DNA of 48,200 bases from a virus (taxonomy: Duplodnaviria; Heunggongvirae; Uroviricota; Caudoviricetes): IMG/VR virus record IMGVR_UViG_2563366870_000003; one strand, written 5' to 3'. The translations under genes were made by a program, and so were the position numbers. How positions within the stretch are numbered: the first letter of the stretch is position 1; every line of letters begins with the position of its first letter. This document shows, piece after piece, positions 45,559-48,200 of the stretch. Under the pieces are notes generated by a model. That model did no database searches, was not told the origin of the DNA, and saw nothing but the letters and a program-made list of their open reading frames with translations.

Positions 45559-47619
45559 ATGGCAGTACAGATTTCAGGCGTGCTGAAAGACGGTGCAGGA
45601 AAACCGATACAGAACTGCACCATTCAGCTCAAAGCAAAACGTAACAGCACCACGGTTGTGGTGAACACGGTGGCCTCAGAAAATCCGGATGAAGCCGGAC
45701 GTTACAGCATGGATGTCGAGTATGGCCAGTACAGCGTTATCCTGCTGGTTGAAGGTTTTCCGCCTTCACATGCCGGGACCATCACCGTGTATGAGGATTC
45801 TAAGCCGGGGACGCTGAATGATTTTCTGGGCGCTGCAACAGAAGATGATGTTCGTCCGGAGGCACTGTATCGTTTTGAAAAGATGGTGGAAGAGGTGGCA
45901 CGCAACGCTGAAGCCGCCTCTCAGAGCGCAGCGGCAGCAAAGAAATCAGAAACAGCAGCGGCATCGTCCAGGAATGCGGCGAAAACATCAGAGACGAATG
46001 CAGGTAACAGCGCGAAAGCGGCAGCTTCTTCAAAAACAGCCGCACAAAACGCAGCAACAGCGGCAGAACGTTCAGAGACAAATGCCCGTGCGTCAGAAGA
46101 AGCCTCCGCAGACAGTGAAGAGGCTTCCCGCCGTAATGCAGAGTCAGCCGCTGAAAATGCCGGAGTCGCCACCACAAAAGCGCGGGAGGCCGCAGCAGAC
46201 GCAACAAAGGCCGGGCAGAAAAAGGATGAGGCTCTGTCGGCAGCGACACGGGCTGAAAAGGCGGCAGACCGCGCAGAAGTCGCAGCGGAAGTGACTGCAG
46301 AGCCCTATGCGAATATAGTGCCGCCGCTGCCTGATGTGTGGATACCGTTTAACGATTCACTGGATATGATTGCGGGTTTTTCTCCGGGCTATAAAAAAAT
46401 AGCTATTGGTGACGATGTGGTTCAGGTCGCCAGTGATAAACAGGTTAATTTCAGTCGCGCATCAACGGCAACATATATCAACAAATCTGGCGAACTGAAA
46501 ACGGCGGAAATTAATGAGCCGCGATTTGAGTGTGATGGCCTGCTTATTGAGGGACAAAGAACGAACTACATGCTCAATTCGGAAAGTCCAGCCAGCTGGG
46601 GGAAGTCATCAAACATGGATGTGCCCGAAACCGGGACAGATAGTTTTGGTTTTACTTATGGAAAGTTTGTCTGCAACGATTCTCTGGTTGGGCAAACTTC
46701 GGCTATTAATATGGCATCAATTGCTGCAACAAAGTCAGTTGATGTCTCAGGCGATAACAAGTACGTGACAACCTCATGCCGTTTTAAAACAGAACGACAG
46801 GTAAGGTTACGTATACGGTTTGATAAGTATGATGGTAGTGCAACAACTTTTCTTGGCGATGCGTACATTGATACGCAAACGCTTGAAATTAATATGACAG
46901 GTGGGGCTGCCGGCAGAATTACGGCACGAGTCAGGAAGGATAAGACCACAGGCTGGATTTTTGCAGAGGCAACGATTCAGGCAATTGATGGTGAGTTAAA
47001 AATAGGCTCTCAGATACAGTATTCTCCTGAGCAGGGTGGGGCAACAGTATCTGGTGACTATATTTATCTTGCCACCCCACAAGTAGAGAATGGGCCGTGT
47101 GTATCATCATTTATTATTTCAGGAGGCAGCGCAACGACAAGAGCCAGTGATTTGGTTAGTATCCCCACCAGAAATAATCTTTATAAGTTACCATTTACTT
47201 TTTTACTTGAGATTCATAAAAACTGGGATATTGCACCAAACGCCGCACCCCGCGTGTGGGATATAGCAGCAGCCAATACCGGGCAATCAGCAATTGCAGC
47301 AATCAACAGAGGTAGTGGTAAGTTATATATGAGTCTGTCAAACCCTTCAGGCTCGTATGTTAATAGCGCAGCGACAGATGTATTTGCAGAGAAAACCACA
47401 TTTGGATGTATTGCAAAAGCTGATGGTCACTTTCATGTGGTGACAAATGGTAAAGCGGTTAATGAAGTTTATTGTGAATATAATGGCGTGACCGCTGATA
47501 AAAATATCCGATTTGGAGGGCAGACGAACACTGGAGAACGACATCTGTTTGGCCATATTCGCAATTTCCGCATATGGCATAAAGAATTAAATGACAGGCA
47601 ATTAAAAGAGGTCGTATGA
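45559..47619 (+). CDS. stf: Side tail fibre protein (lambda-Stf-like N-terminus, Ala-rich central region, distinct C-terminal domain), 686 aa
   Basis: ATG at 45559 after GGAG; N-terminus MAVQISGVLKDGAGKPIQNCTIQLKAKRNSTTVVVNTV… resembles lambda Stf; C-terminus ends …IRFGGQTNTGERHLFGHIRNFRIWHKELNDRQLKEVV, which looks like a lectin/LamG-type jelly-roll. Confidence 0.8.
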   Translation: MAVQISGVLKDGAGKPIQNCTIQLKAKRNSTTVVVNTVASENPDEAGRYSMDVEYGQYSVILLVEGFPPSHAGTITVYEDSKPGTLNDFLGAATEDDVRPEALYRFEKMVEEVARNAEAASQSAAAAKKSETAAASSRNAAKTSETNAGNSAKAAASSKTAAQNAATAAERSETNARASEEASADSEEASRRNAESAAENAGVATTKAREAAADATKAGQKKDEALSAATRAEKAADRAEVAAEVTAEPYANIVPPLPDVWIPFNDSLDMIAGFSPGYKKIAIGDDVVQVASDKQVNFSRASTATYINKSGELKTAEINEPRFECDGLLIEGQRTNYMLNSESPASWGKSSNMDVPETGTDSFGFTYGKFVCNDSLVGQTSAINMASIAATKSVDVSGDNKYVTTSCRFKTERQVRLRIRFDKYDGSATTFLGDAYIDTQTLEINMTGGAAGRITARVRKDKTTGWIFAEATIQAIDGELKIGSQIQYSPEQGGATVSGDYIYLATPQVENGPCVSSFIISGGSATTRASDLVSIPTRNNLYKLPFTFLLEIHKNWDIAPNAAPRVWDIAAANTGQSAIAAINRGSGKLYMSLSNPSGSYVNSAATDVFAEKTTFGCIAKADGHFHVVTNGKAVNEVYCEYNGVTADKNIRFGGQTNTGERHLFGHIRNFRIWHKELNDRQLKEVV

Positions 47620-47894
47620 AAGATTTAACTTTGAAGTTTCATGACAAACTGCAGTTTAAGGCCTTCCTGTCATCTCTTGGCTGGGCGGAAGATGAAGACC
47701 TCCAGAATAAACTGTTAGTTGATGAAATTGGTTTCACCTACACAGAAACAGGGGTAACAGAAGAGGGAGAACCTGTCTGTATCCGGAATGATGGTTATTT
47801 TGTCAACATTCGCATTCTTGATGACTTGTTTGATGTTTCTGTATTCTCTGATTATGTCGTGGAGCTGGAAACACCGCTTCGGGAATGGAGCTGA
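47616..47894 (+). CDS. Hypothetical protein downstream of stf, 92 aa
   Basis: ATG overlapping stf stop (ATGA); acidic; does not resemble the lambda Tfa chaperone. Confidence 0.45.
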   Translation: MKDLTLKFHDKLQFKAFLSSLGWAEDEDLQNKLLVDEIGFTYTETGVTEEGEPVCIRNDGYFVNIRILDDLFDVSVFSDYVVELETPLREWS

Positions 47895-47906
47895 AAGGAG
47901 GAAATA

Positions 47907-48200
47907 ATGGATATAAGCCCCTTACTTCATGCACTTTGTGCTGTGGCTGCGCAGATACTGGTTGGTCTTTTTACCGGAAACTGGGCTTACGGAGCGATAG
48001 CCGGTTGTACGTTCTTCATTGCGCGTGAACATACCCAGGCAGAATATCGCTGGATTGAAATGTTCGGGCATGGCAAGCGAATGAATATGCCGTGGTGGGG
48101 CGGTTTTGATCCGCGTGCTTGGGATGTGGCAAGCCTGATGGATTTTGCTGTGCCGGTGGTGGCGTGTCTGCTGGTCTGGCTGTTGGTTAATCGTGGGTGA
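47907..48200 (+). CDS. Small membrane protein, 97 aa
   Basis: ATG at 47907 after AAGGAGG; two predicted TM segments (AVAAQILVGLFTGNWAYGAIAGCTFFI and FAVPVVACLLVWLLV). Confidence 0.5.
   Translation: MDISPLLHALCAVAAQILVGLFTGNWAYGAIAGCTFFIAREHTQAEYRWIEMFGHGKRMNMPWWGGFDPRAWDVASLMDFAVPVVACLLVWLLVNRG

Noticed and set aside
45900-46300. Repetitive Ala/Ser/Glu-rich coding stretch in the side tail fibre gene
   Set aside because: It is in frame within stf and typical of a fibre shaft; not an independent repeat element.

Overview
This window is almost entirely one lambda-family (lambdoid) prophage, read from the integrase end (int stop at position 1) through the tail-fibre region. Gene order is canonical: int-xis, an accessory 'ea' block, exo-bet-gam-kil-cIII-ea10-ral, sieB, N, the immunity region (cI/cro/cII), O-P-ren-nin, rusA, Q, a lysis cassette, bor, cos, and a complete lambda-like head and tail module (nu1 to J, plus a side tail fibre). 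Many products read as near-identical to phage lambda proteins from memory (Exo, Bet, Gam, Ral, SieB, the cI C-terminal domain, O, P, Ren, NinB, Nu1 through J, Bor); all identities here are by recall and reading frame, not by database search. The mosaic parts are the integrase/excisionase, N and its nut sites, the cI DNA-binding domain, cro, cII, a Dam-like methyltransferase in the nin region, a DLP12-like Q, a pinholin/SAR-endolysin lysis set, and the distal part of the side tail fibre. Two insertion sequences are present with intact ends and target-site duplications: an IS21-family element (2131 bp) inside a small orf60a-like gene, and an IS629-like IS3-family element (1310 bp) inside cII. 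Replication gene O and the long form of gam also carry apparent frameshifts, so the prophage looks defective. The best candidate for an undescribed system is a two-gene, lower-GC operon sitting exactly where lambda carries rexA/rexB (between cI and the pL/N region); I recognise neither protein. Other cargo worth a look: two convergent small ORFs inserted between holin and endolysin, an antisense porin gene between Q and the lysis genes, and two unknown ORFs after the tail fibre.
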